Source: Mizuhopecten yessoensis
Taxonomy: Eukaryota
Direction: 5' to 3'
Assembly: GCF_002113885.1 (NCBI RefSeq)
Contig: NW_018403528.1
Location: 421,641-485,640, forward strand
Length of the DNA stretch: 64,000 nucleotides
Shown: one piece after another, positions 10,042 to 23,600 of the stretch
How positions within the stretch are numbered: position 1 is the stretch's first letter
Layout of the letters: the number at the start of each line of letters is the position of its first letter
The notes under the pieces: generated by a model
The model's input: the letters and a program-made list of their open reading frames with translations, nothing else
Told to the model about the DNA's origin: nothing
Databases searched by the model: none
Translations under genes and position numbers: made by a program

Positions 10042-12272
10042 ATGGAGGCCAAGCTTGCAGAGTACCGAGCAAGGAAAGCCAAAGAAACTGGTAGACAGGA
10101 AGGCAGTCAATCCGGTCTCATATCAAACTTACTGCGGCGAAATAAGGTAATTCGTGTGTTTGTCAAATTCAAGCCTATACTAGGTTCCCTCAAGATGCGA
10201 TAACGTAGCTTTCTGACGACGAGAGACGGGTAATAATATAAGTACTAAGTTTCATCATGCCCTGACACTAGACTTCAACATTTTGACAGCTAGATGTCTG
10301 CCCAATCCAGACATCTATCTGTCAAACTTTTTTTGTCTTATGTCAGGGCCTGAGAAAACCCCGGCTGGTCAATCTCTTTATCAACATCTTGGAAGTATTA
10401 TTTATAGCTATATATAGTATCCCGATATTTCATTTCAACAAATTTTATTGTTTAGAAAACAAATAGATTGGACAACAGGCAAGACTATATCTAAACAATA
10501 AAATTTGTTGAAATGAAATATCGGGATACTATATATAGCTATAAATAATACTTCCAAGATGTTGAAGATAAGTCCTCTCAAATAGGTACCACATATATAC
10601 ATGTACAAGTCAAAGTGAATAAAGTAAATAATAGATATCATAGACAGTAATGTATATATATAAAGAGAAATAGATTTTAACATGAAAGCATTGATGGTAG
10701 TATTACACAATATTCAGAGAGTAGAATGATTACTTCGGGTAATGTATAATAATTAAATATGTAAACACATCTACTAATACCGATATCTGGATATATGACA
10801 TGAAATATACCAAAATGCCAACGTTATACAGTTGTGGTCTTTATTATACCGTATGTTATGGCTATAAACTTTGTTCAAATGTATGACCTTGACCCACTTG
10901 CAAAGTTAAGCAGTTAAATGTGTTATAACATTTAATTTTAACAACATTTCATATCATACAATGTGAGAGTCCTTAGAGCAGCAGTATATTTGGTCTGTTC
11001 CTTGGTACATTATATTTGGTCTGTACATGTACGCATGCAGTATCATGCTTGGATGAAATGCTAGTTAGTTGAAATAAATCACCTTGACCAACTTTCAAGG
11101 TCATAGTGTGTGAAAAACTTTTAAACAACTTCAAACAATGTTTACAGTTATTGTTGTCCTAAAAGTGAGACGTTGAATCAAAGAGGTAGGGTCCTCAGAC
11201 TTAAAAAGTGAGGGTTGGGGTTATCATATTTTAAAGGGGAGGACTGGGGTCATCAGACTTTAAATGGAAGGGATGATTGTCCGTAGACTTTAAAATGTGG
11301 AGGTGTGGGTTCCTCAAACCTTTTTAAGGGATGGAAGGGTACTCAGACTTTAGATGGAAAGGTTGGAAAGGGACTGAGCAAAAACAGTGAAGAATATGGC
11401 TGAATATGACAGGGTTAATTATAGATAAGCATTTACTACAGTGTATTACTGGAGGATATACCTCTAGCTCAGAGTAAAGAGTCTCAGGTTTGAATCCTGA
11501 TCTAGTCTATTGAAGTTTCCCCTTCCTGTTGCATTGGTAACTGTATCCAAAGGTTTTATTAAGATTCAAGTTGCATGCACATAAAGTAGGTGGTTAATTT
11601 CAGTACAAAGTGCCCCATTACTATTCTTCTTACTGGTGAAATATCTGCAGTAGGACCATATTTTTACCAGCTACGGGCTACAAATGAAAAATGTATAGGG
11701 ACAAGGCCAGTCAGCAAAGATGATCAAATGTTTTAAGTTACTTATAGAACAACTATCTAAAGAGTTTCAGGGTCAAAATCTTCTCTGGTCCCTTTGTTTT
11801 TTTATTCCTTCTGCTACACATGTACTCAGCTTTTAACAACTTATCCACATGTATATTTCAGACTGATGGGTGTGTTGACTCTTCATAATCTATATCAGAA
11901 TCTCAAAATAATACAAACTCTGCAGCTATGTCAACTAAAGACGGCCAACAGCAGCAGCAGCAGCAGGAAGATCCCGGGGAAGAGGTTTCAGAGCCTAAAG
12001 TGTGGGATAAATTAGCAATAATGGTGTTTGGTCTTAAGTGTCTGTTATGGCTTGCTCTGTGGGGACTCTTCGTAGAGATGCAATTTGGTGCCATCTTTGT
12101 TTTGTTATCGGCCTTTATTTTTCTCTACAAAAGCTTGAGCAATAGAAAAAGGAAGAAAAACCAACTAAGTGCCTATTCCGTGTTTAACCCAAACTGTGAG
12201 AGGCTTGATGGAACATTTACTGCAGAGCAATTCGAGCAGGAGCTACGCTATGGTCCGGGTGCTGTCAGGTGA
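10042..12272 (+). CDS. SAYSD1: SAYSvFN domain-containing protein 1, downstream copy; exons 10042..10146 and 11862..12272 (in-frame TAA at 11886-11888, so functional status is uncertain)
   Basis: Exon 1 is MEAKLAEYRARKAKETGRQEGSQSGLISNLLRRNK (resembles the vertebrate SAYSD1 N-terminus MEQRLAEFRAAR), with donor AAG|GTAATT in phase 0. Acceptor TTTCAG| at 11861 is in frame with ORF 11928..12272, which contains the TM segment and SAYSVFNPNCE motif. Confidence 0.8.
10381..10565. repeat. Perfect 76-bp inverted repeat with 33-bp spacer
   Basis: 10381-10456 is the exact reverse complement of 10490-10565. Confidence 0.9.
11462..11537 (+). mobile_element. Degenerate tRNA-derived SINE fragment
   Basis: A-box-like TAGCTCAGAGTA and B-box-like GGTTTGAATCC; no intact cloverleaf; absent from the paralogous intron. 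Confidence 0.4.
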
Positions 12273-14095
12273 TAGGCCACAATCTTACAGCAGTTGAACT
12301 GGTCTGAACTGTGTATTATATTTATTTTATGCATTTTGAATATATTGATTCTCACAAGTGTTGGTTTTAATACCTGTACATTATGTATTATAGTTTCTTA
12401 CAAAGATGATGTTTTTAAAGTTTTTCAGATATAAATACTATGTTTGGCATTGGAAGATAGTTTTTCAACAACCTTATCAAAAAAAGTTATTTTTAAATAA
12501 TGAAAAAATGAAACAATCTGGATTTTCATTAAGAAATATTTTAAGGTCAGCGGGCACAAATGTCTACACTGCTGCAACAGTGCATTGTCCATCTGTTATT
12601 CTTTAACAACTTTTTCTATAGAACTCTGATGCCTACTGTCGTACTATTTGAAGCTTCATGTAGTAAATCCACTTCCAAGGTCAACAGGTCAAATGTGTGG
12701 GAAGTTTCAATGAATTATGCAGAGCCTAGAATCATCGTAATGAGCCAATAGCCTACTTAGGCCCAAGCATGTTTTATGTTTTTTATTGAAACTTGACCCA
12801 TATTGATTATTTCATATATCTACTGGCATATGCTAGGTTAATCTTATTTATTGGCAGTGATCCCCAGAACACATACAGGGTCAATATTATACATGTGAGC
12901 ATTCCACCGTCTATTCTTTTCAAGTCAACAACTTATTTCAAAACTTAGTGAGAACACTTCAAACAAATCAATCCATCCTTGCTAAACCAATCAGTCTGCA
13001 GTAGAAGTATTTTTTTTATATGATATATGTTAGACAACTGGCAATTGAACATGATATAAACAGGATTTCATGTTATATTACATGATATTAAACAAACTGA
13101 ATTACATACATTGTCATTGATAGCACTAATCCTGTTTTTGTATCATAATAAGCCAAAAAATGTAAAGACTGATTAAAAAATATCAATATATATACCATTG
13201 ATTTGTATGTGTAGCCAAATTATTCACTTGCTTGTGTCCCCACCATTCAAAAGAATAGTGCTTACACTAAGTGTTCTTATAGAAAAATTGGGTGTTATGA
13301 AAACATGATATGAAATGTGACATTAAGCTGAGTTCACGGTAAGATGTAATATAAGAACCAGTAACTGTGACACAACACCAGAAAGCTATGACCAGCAGAG
13401 TATCTTGTACTGTTGGTGCACTGTAGTAGCATTAAATTTTAATCCAGTCATATATGAATGTTTACAATACTGTATATCAGGAAACTTTCACCTTGTCAAA
13501 ATGTCCCCCTTCCTGGTAAAATTCACATTCCCGAGCCTTAATTTGCCCATTTAATGACTATATACAGAATTCTATGTATTACTTCTCACTCTCAGGATAA
13601 ATGTCCTCATGATGGACGACGAAACTGGCTAACGTTAAACTGCAGCGAAATGTTCCTGGTATACAACTATTTATGTATGACTTAACATTTAAAAAGTTAT
13701 ACATTGTATCATATTGTCTTATTTATTAACTAACACAACTTACCTAAGTACTGTTTGATCTGAATTTTATATAACATTTTCCTCTTAGATTTTATGTACA
13801 TATCTACTATGCTTTGTATTACTCCTTTTTTTCCAAGGTTTATAATGATTTGTTTGATCTAGAGGTATGAGAACCTGACAATTGAAGAGATCTGAACTTT
13901 TATATTGCTATTTTCTGTGAAAAATAAAATTTCAACAGAAATATTTATTGCTTGAATAATGTGTGTCTGCTTTCAATTTTTTTCTTTTAAACAAAATTGG
14001 ACAAGTTGACTTTGTTTCCGAATTTTGAGCCACGTCTCAAAACAATGGTAGAGTGTAGGGTTTTCAGTCTGCTTTAGATTTCAACTCAGATTTAA

Positions 14096-15577
14096 GGTGG
14101 CTCCACACATCGTCATCAGCGTCCATTTTCGTGACTTACTTCCGGAAAAAGTACAGCTCGGACTCAATTATCTTGATCGAAATGTGCATGTACACCGTGT
14201 CGTCATTTCCGTATTGCGTATCGGGCATTCAATGTCGTTGTGCAAATTATAGTTACACCTTGACCGTTTTCGTTTAAACGGTCAAACCGATCGGACCACT
14301 GTTGTTCGTTCATTAAATAAGGTCGGACCTAGTAATCTGATGCTGCTTTCAGGCGAGCCGTGAGAAAGCCTTGCAAGGCCTGCATATACATTTGCAGGTC
14401 CGCCAGGATTTATACCCGAAATTGTTACATTTATAAACGGTCAAACCGGTTGCTCCGCATACACGAACAGGCCCCTGGTAAACAATAGTACACGTGCGTG
14501 CCGATGATATGTCAACACCCGATATCGAGATTTTACCGGGAAATGTATAATCACACGTATTTCAGGAATAAAGCTTTCAAATTCATAGACATAAACAGAC
14601 TCACGGGAAGATAGTGACATGAGACCAAACGACCTCAAGAAGGTCATATAGGAAACGCATGGAATGCGGACGTACCGACCTCACATGTGCAACACGAGTT
14701 CATAAGCTCGAGGTCGTTACGATTTTCGCTGTTGAGGAAGTTTCGCTCTGTCGATTAAATCGTGTTTACAAATGTAGTCTACTTACTCTGTGAAAATAAT
14801 GTTTTGTAAAATATCAAGATACCTATAAAATGCATGTGTGAGTGCACGTGAGAACGGCATACCATGCGATAGCCTCTGGTCACATATGTACCTGACATGT
14901 AATTATAAACATACCGTGAGTTAGCGGACTGTGGAATGATGTCCAAAGTGTACATGACTGAGGGTAATTTGGTTCCATTAAAGAACAATAAATTGATAAT
15001 TTTGATATCATATTTTTGATTTATTTCCATCATTTTTGTTATATGTAAACAGGGACAACTGTCATTGTGTAAATGTCACCCCTCTGCAAAAAGTTCCGAT
15101 TTTTTTCAAGGAAGATAACTCTTACCCGGATCGAAGTGATTGTAAAATGTAAAATAAATTAATTATAAAGCCATTGTGTATATTTTGTTCAATTTCCCAT
15201 TCTATATGTATAGATCTTTGTGTCCTGTTGGCTTTTAGCTTGTAGATAATCACTTTTATCCGTTCAAATTCAATAAAAAACACTTTGTGTAACATGTGTT
15301 ACATATTTTGCGATAAATAAAATATTTGTAGGGTTAATTAGAAATGCTTCTTTTCATTTTATTATTGTTGTTATTGTTCAGAACAATGTCACACCCAAAA
15401 AAAACCCGGAAAATATTAAAATTGACGAAAATTCAATTTTTTGGTATTTTTTCCAAAAAAGTCCCCTAACTATCGGAGTGTTTAGATTTTCATAAAATCA
15501 ACTCTACATAGTTGCATAACCATTATATAAAAGTTTCAACGAATTTCGCTGGTTAATTACGAAAGTGTGGAGCCACC
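14096..15577 (-). mobile_element. Non-autonomous TTAA-targeting DNA transposon (Kolobok-like), copy B
   Basis: TTAA|GGTGGCTCCACAC...GTGTGGAGCCACC|TTAA (13-bp perfect TIR). The paralogous empty site at 5053-5056 has a single TTAA. RR...YY termini with a TTAA TSD fit Kolobok rather than piggyBac (CC...GG). Confidence 0.88.
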
Positions 15578-17647
15578 TTAACTATTTAACAGAAAAAAAA
15601 CTTTCCCTAGCAACTCTTAGGGCATGACACAGGAGTAGTCAATAACAAACCCTTTTAAATTAGCTCTTCTAACATTTTTGCGATTTCGTAAGTGCCCTAG
15701 GTGCCTATGAGGAGACACCTGATTTTTTACCCTTTAAATCAGCATTTGTTTGCTTAAAAATCCCTGTCCAACTAAGTTGCCGTTTTTCCTATACACAGTA
15801 ATCTGCTCTTAATTTCCATTTTAATATAACTGTAGCACAGTTGGGCTAGTACACTTCAGTTGACCAGTTAACTCAATCAGTTACAGCAATAGTATAACAA
15901 TCTGAAGTCCAGGAGACCTGGATTTTTTACATTCAGAACACTGTTGATGGTTATATATATGTTCATGTCATCTCCGTTATTCTTCATAAGGCCCATTGGT
16001 TATTGTTTTATTTTCAGACACAACTTATCATGGCTATAGTTCTGCTGGAAGAAACAGTTTCCAATACATAGTTACAGTTTTTGACAGTGGTACGGGGATC
16101 CTTGATTGTCAATAATCGGTTGCAAATGCATAAAATAGCTTATACTGTATGACCAATTACTTATTCTTTTTTGGTAAATAGGGCTCATCGTAAGTTTTAG
16201 ATTTTGTGATATGGTTTCATTTCCATATTTTTTTTCTTAATTTTGTCAAATATAAAGGAGTCCAGTGTCACATCATTGTGACTGAAATCATTTGATAAAA
16301 CTTTAAAGACATGTTTCAGAAAAGGATCATTGCTTTTTCATTCCTGTACAGGTAAGCTCTCATCTTTTGTTTTGACCTGTGGAAGTAAAGTCTGATGTGA
16401 AAGTTTGATGTTGGCTCCTTATAATTATAACTGAGAGAGTGGTTGTTTATGTATTTTATTTATATGGAAATAAAGGTGAAAATAAAAACTGAAATATTTA
16501 GGAAATATTCAGGCTTAAAGCGTTTTCTTTTTTCTGCCAAATTTACAAAACTGTTGTTATCTTAAACATATTTATATAAAATGTGCACTCACATTTTAGC
16601 ACTCAAGGTAGATCTGTTCTATCAGCATACCAGTAATCATAAATTAACACTCTGACTCTTTGAAGAAAATCTACTAATTAATGCTATACACAATTAAGCA
16701 CACCAGAGATACCAGGGAAGAAAGCCAATATTTTTCAGATAGATGTCTGGAGGTACATCCATCTGTCAAAATGTCAAAAGTCTGTTGTAGGGGCTACAGG
16801 AAACTGTGGTTTGTGGGTTAAGAATTATGCAAAAATAGGTTTACTACTGCCAGAAAAAAATGGTTGATTTATTCTGACATCTTTACTCATTTTTAGAATA
16901 CAATAAACATACTTGTTTGGTTTATTATTCCTAAATTATACATTTTTTGTTGAACGGTATTGTCTATCAGTCTTCCACTAAAATTTTAAAAATCAACTGT
17001 TTGTTTTCTTCAATTAAATGCCACTGAATAATTAAGTGAACTTATTTGTCATCTCCAATCATTTTCATTTCTGAGAACAAGTGTAGAAGCTCAACATACG
17101 AAAACACCAAACTAGTCCAGTTTATTTTTTTGACCTGATGATCCTCAAGGTCTTGCAGTTCAGTTTTTTTTAAATTTTAAGAAATGAACTCGACACACTT
17201 TGGGTTTTTACTATTTTATTTGTTATTTTCCCACTTTTAAAACAACCATATTCTCTTTAAAGTGCCAACCAATTGCACAAACACATACATATAACAATTA
17301 AATAATAAATATACCTCAATAAATAAGATACAGTACAAATCTGACAATCAAACGATAATAATGGACCCAACATATCTATGACCATATTGTTAATATATGT
17401 AGTAGCGACACATCGTGACACACAGTGATGTGTCTAACCATATCACATCTTGTATTAGATCGGTCACTTTTGTTACAATTTTGAAATGTTTGTGAATAGA
17501 TGATTTAAGCAGATTTGAGTTTTTGTAAAAATAAAGGAGATTAAAATTACATAAGTAAATATTCATTGTTTAATGATAATGACCTATGAAACTTTTACCA
17601 GGTGTCACATGACTGTCATGTGATAGTAACATGTCATTGTCTTGTGA

Positions 17648-20600
17648 TCACTGAGCTGTTGTCATTGCAGATTTGGCCTCTGCTGAAAGCTGTTGTAATT
17701 TCTTGTAGCTTTCCAAGCCTTCCTTTTGCACCCCATAACCTGTGATCTGGAATTTTCAAGAAAAAAACAAATTCAAATCATTTTTAAAATATGGTAATAT
17801 TTGAGGGGTGGAAGAATACTCACTTATCCTCTCTGTTTAAGAGATATTTCACTTCTGGTTTTTGTGTGTCCGTGTATGATGGAAAATATTAAGGTAAGGC
17901 TATCATGGTTATAATGTTGGTTGAGTGGAAACAGTCTTTTTGTCTCAAGCATAACGTTATTGCTATTTCACTTTCATTCATCAAATCTACTGTACTTGTG
18001 TATCTTTCAAAGAGCCGAGTGTTGCATAGTGAATCAAGTCATGTGCCCACACAGAGTAATGGCCCTTTGTAAATTTCAGTTTTAAGATGGTTACCTGTTG
18101 TCCGTAGCTGTCAATGTCTAGTATGATCTGCTGTCGGATCTTGTCATCATCTGTTAGCCCCTGGGACCCCGCCCCCTTGTCTGTACCTCGCACCCTCTTT
18201 AATCTCTTCAGAGAATCCTCCATCTTTTTCACGGACAGAAGGACGTCGGAGGTCACAGAGAAATACCTGAAACAAAACACACACTAATGGTAATCAGAGA
18301 TATGTCTTCTATCATTCAGTACTGAAAACATAACCATAATACTGAGGGGCAGATTAGCCCAATAGAAAAACCAATATCTTCCAAAAAGACAGCAAATATT
18401 TGTCTGTATTTTCTTGGAATTTTAGAGATTATCTCCTTTTCATAAAAAAACATTTCTACAAGTTTGATATCAGAGCAAGCTATGACTACTTCAGAAGCGA
18501 CATAAACAGATTTAGAAAAATATGCAACTATCATAACTAGAGTACCAGGGTAACATTATTGAAACTACAATGTATATAAACTGCAATATGTTTTACTGAA
18601 AATATTGTTGATCACGTGTCAACAGCTGCAATACTAAGCCAGAAACGAAAAACATTTGTTTGAGATTTCTGTGTCTTACATCACAGTTAAATGCAGTTAG
18701 TAATTCTTTTATCCTTCTGCCGTTTTGACAAATCGTCATTAAATGATAATCAATTTGCATGCCTGTTGTTTAAGTTTCACTGTTATGGTACAGTGTGTAC
18801 CAGAGGACTAGAGAGAAAACACCTTAAACATATTGATATCATTGTCTAGTAGGTTAAAGTATTACACTTTCAAGAAATTCTTAACAAACACATACTGTTC
18901 TGCCAGGCGAGTGAATATCTCTTGAAATATTTCTTGTTTCTGTTTTTCTCCGAGAATATTGCCATGTTCCTGTACAAACAGACTGACCGGCTTGAAGGCA
19001 TTCCCTATGTATGTGGACGGCTTTACGGGTACCTGGGGAAACAAGATAAACAGAATGTTGATTTGGATCAGTATTTGTTAACAGTGACAAGCTGTTCAAA
19101 CCTTGTCACATAAAGAACTCAGGATCTGCTTTTGTCATATTAACTCGACAAGAATGGTGTATATATTCAGACACAGTCAACATTATATTATAGTACTAAC
19201 TAAAATGACACTCTCACTGTTTACGCTAACTTGTAGTTAATGTGAGACAGTGGACATCAGAATAGTATATTTAGTACAGTGAATATATGTACAGTCAACC
19301 CTGCTTGAGAGACCGACCTCTGTAAAGGCAGCACCCGAGTTACAGACCATGCACTTTCAAAACTGTTGTTATTTAAATAAATAATTATACAACATTTGAT
19401 ATAGCGCCCTATCTAGCTATATCATAAGCCACTCTAAAGCGCTTTACAGTACATAGATATACAATTGATACAATTAGCATATACATTAATCAATACAATT
19501 TTGAGGAATTCGCAGGAGCTGCCTTATCAGGCCCTAACTACTAGTCCTATGCCACCTGGCTAATATCCCCCTATGTGTGTATGCCTGCATGTGTGCTGGA
19601 GATGTAATGTGTTCTGTTTGTAGTGGGACTGTGCTTCCAACGGCATCATTTATAGTGCCACCTCAATTGAATGCTACAGCACCGATACCGTAACATTTAC
19701 ATGTTAACTAAACCTTTATTAAGAGACCATCTACATTAAGTGACTACTTTATGGACTTGTGGTCTGAGTACAGGTTTGACTGTACATCTTAACCGACTTG
19801 ACTTCACAAATCAACAAAATGGTGTATAAATTGTAAAAAGAAAGCACTTAGATAATTTCATGTTTACCACACAGTATATTATCAAGTGATGTAAAGTCCT
19901 AATATCTCCAGACCCCAGTCTCAAGAAACTTCTGAACTATAAAAGCATTCTTAGTGTGAATATTGTTAAATTTTACATTTCATCTCGAAAGATCTACAGT
20001 TGTTGAATTTATACAATCCATTCACTGTTCCATGTCAAAAGTGATTTCGTTACTAAATTCTGTGAATATTTTACTTTTACAATTGACATTTGAGGAAATG
20101 TAGCGATTAAATAAATCAGAATTTGAGAATTGAGCGTGTTCATAAAATTAAGAAGTTTTGTTCAAACACAGTTTTTCTGTAATATGACCTGACACCTACC
20201 TCCCTGTTTGTACGGCGATACAGTCGTGGGACATCGTTCACCTGTTTTAGATTTATGGAGCACTGACAACTGATTTCCTCCACAATAAACTCACGGTACC
20301 GTGGCAGTTTGCTCATCAGGCTTGCACTGCACTCCTGGATACTGCCTATATACCAATTTAATCCAGTAAAGGTCATAGGTCAACAGGTAATATAATTCAA
20401 TAGAGGTCATAGGGCAACATATCATATGCTTCAGTACAATCATAGGTCAGCAGGTCATATACTTTAGTGCTGTACACTTTAAAACAGGTCATAGGTCACA
20501 GGTCATGCACTTCAGTAAAAGTCTCAAACAGGTCACATAGGTCAATAGGTCATGTACTTCAGTTAAAGTCATAGGACAACAGGTCATACACTTCAGTACA

Positions 20601-23600
20601 GGTCATTCACTTTGGGTTAGGTCAAAGGGTCATACATGTACACTTAAGTACCATCCTCGAGTACTTGGCAGCTGAAGTTTTGGAATTGGCAGGAAACAGA
20701 GATAAAAAGAAGACTAGGATCAAAGGTCAACTGGTAATACACTTTGGTATAGGTCATAGGTCAAACTGATGTTTACAGATCATAGGAAAAACTTAATCTA
20801 CATTATTCATATTTTTTTTCTAATATACATTCTTGCTTGACTGGGATTTTGTTTGTTTGTTCGTCTTATTTTTGACAATTTTGATAAATAATTACTGAAA
20901 CTGATATTTGTGGACAACATGAGGAAGCACACTTACCCTTTAGATTATCAGTGTCCTCAAAACCTGCAGCAGTTATCTTTGGTTTTATTGTCTCATCAAA
21001 CAAACTGGAAATCTGTAGATGGAAACCAATAGAATTCTATTCCAAAGTGTACATTGTTATATAACCCAACACTCAGTGGAGTATTTCTGATTTACACTAG
21101 CCATAACCTGCTAGTGTTTATCACCTCTTTAACGATAAAAGCTACCTGATTGTTACAAAGAAACTGAAAATGAATCTCCATTTCAGAAGAGTTTCACACT
21201 GTGAAACTTGTAACAATTATAGAAGTACTATATTAATCGTGTATAATGATTAGCAGTATCAGAATAAGAGTATGCCCAATATAATAGGACACAGTTTATG
21301 TAAAAGTGTCACAATGTTAGCTTGATCAAATATAAACTACAGTGACATATTTTATTGTATACCTGTTGTGAGAATTTTTCCACATCGGAGAGCAGGCAGA
21401 GAATTTGTCCAAGAGTGACGGGAGGTGTTGCTGGAGTTATCTGCCCCTCACCTGTTGTACCACTTGTGTCCATCGCTCCGTTGTTTCGGTCTGTATGGGT
21501 TAAATTGGGCATGGATACGGACGTATTCATTTTCTGATTTTCTGCTTCCAAACTTCTTTTTTCAATCTGAAAAACACATAATGCATGGTGTAGATATCCT
21601 GACCAGGAGAATCAAAAGTGTGCTTTCCTCTGTACCATTGAAGGGATTTTCCATCCAAATATTGCATGAAGCATCCTTAGGCAAAGGGGACTTAATTTTG
21701 TATAAACGGAGGGTGTGGCCTTTCTGGGTGCAGAGTGGGGGGGGGTTGGGTTGGGTACAATAGGGAAATTTGAGGTTTAAATCTTTAAAATCCTTCTTCT
21801 TCTGTACCATTGGAGGTATTTTTGTAATATGAATAATTTCCCATGGTTGCTTTACTATCCAAGTGAGCGATACAGGCCCTCTGGGCCTCTTGTTTTTTAA
21901 TAATTTACTTTTTTACAACCCTAGTATTTAGCATGAAATCCTAGACCCGACAATACTGACAAAAGGATTTAATTGGGTTGTTTTGATATAAATTGATGAA
22001 ATTAATCCTACCTTTTTTGTAATTTTTATTCTTTGTGATCTGAACTTTGATATACAATCTATATTTACCCCTTTCCACACACGCTGGATTTCCTATATTG
22101 AAGTATATTACAGGAGTCAAAATTACACCTTTCACTATACAGTCTCTTATTAAACCTACAAATGTGAAATGTTGTCCTGAAAGCACTTGCTTCAGTACAT
22201 CAGAGACATTAATGCAATAGCATCTTCTGTTATCTGGAAAAGCGTGATGTTACCCTCTGGAATGTACACAAGTTAGATGTGGGAGTATTTTCACTGCAGT
22301 ACAACATTCATCTTAGAGAAAATAAATCACAAAAGCAAATTTTAAAACACAGCATTTTATATAGTAATAACATGTGATGGGTGAAACTGACACAGGGTAA
22401 ATATTCTTTTTACCAGTGAAGGAGAAATATTTGACTGGGAAAAGATTGCCCTGTATACAGCATAAGTGTAATTTTCCAATCAGAATCTGTTTAGGACTTT
22501 CTGTTACACAGTTGTAGTAACTGGGGACCAATCATACAGCGACATCCAAATCCAAACTTACTAAGGATTCTCCAAAATTGTTTTCAACCCACATTGGTCC
22601 ACTGATGGGATTGATAACCATTGAAAACAAGACTATTTCTCTGACAAGAACAGCTGTTACACCATTTTATAAAATGTTTGTTAAAATGTATAATAAAACA
22701 AAACAGGCAACACGGAACGATAGAATTTTGTTTGATTTGAACATTGCATTTACAATGCACATAATTAAATAAATGTTCAGAATATAAATTTGAGTCTTAC
22801 ATTAATATCTACCAACATTTGTTAAACTGATGTAGAGTCGGTAGAAAACAAACAAAATCATGCTGATACAACACTGATAAGAGGCACTAATACATGACCT
22901 GGTACAACTTTACCACTCTGATAAGAGGCACTAATACATGACCTGGAACAAGTTTACCGCACTGATAAGAGGAACTAATACATGACCTGGTACAACTTTA
23001 CCTCACTGCTAAGAGGCACTAATACATGACCTGGTACAACTTTCCCACACTGATAAGAGGCACTAATACATGACTTGGTACAACTTTACCACACTGATAA
23101 GAGACACTAATACATGACCTGGTACAACTTTACCTCACTGCTAAGAGGCACTAATACATGACCTGGTACAACGTTACCACACTGATAAGAGGCACTAATA
23201 CATGGCCTGGTACAACTTTACCACACTGATAAGACATGACCTGGTACAACTTTACCACACTGATAAGAGGCACTAATACATGACTTGGTACAACTTTACC
23301 ACACTGATAAGAGACACTAATACATGACCTGGTACAACTTTACTACACTGATAAGAGGCACTAATACATGACCTGGAACAACTTTACCACACTGATAAGA
23401 GGTACTAATACATGACCTGGTACAACTTTACCACTCTGATAAGAGGCACTAATACATGACCTGGTACATCTTTACCACACTGATAAGAGCACTAATACAT
23501 GACCTGGAACAACTTTACCACACTGATAAGAGGTACTAATACATGACCTGGTACAACTTTACCTCCTGTTTGTAGCACTCATCCAGCCAGGTGGAGTAGC

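Noticed and set aside
11462-11500. tRNA gene
   Set aside because: A/B-box remnants only; no anticodon arm or acceptor stem.
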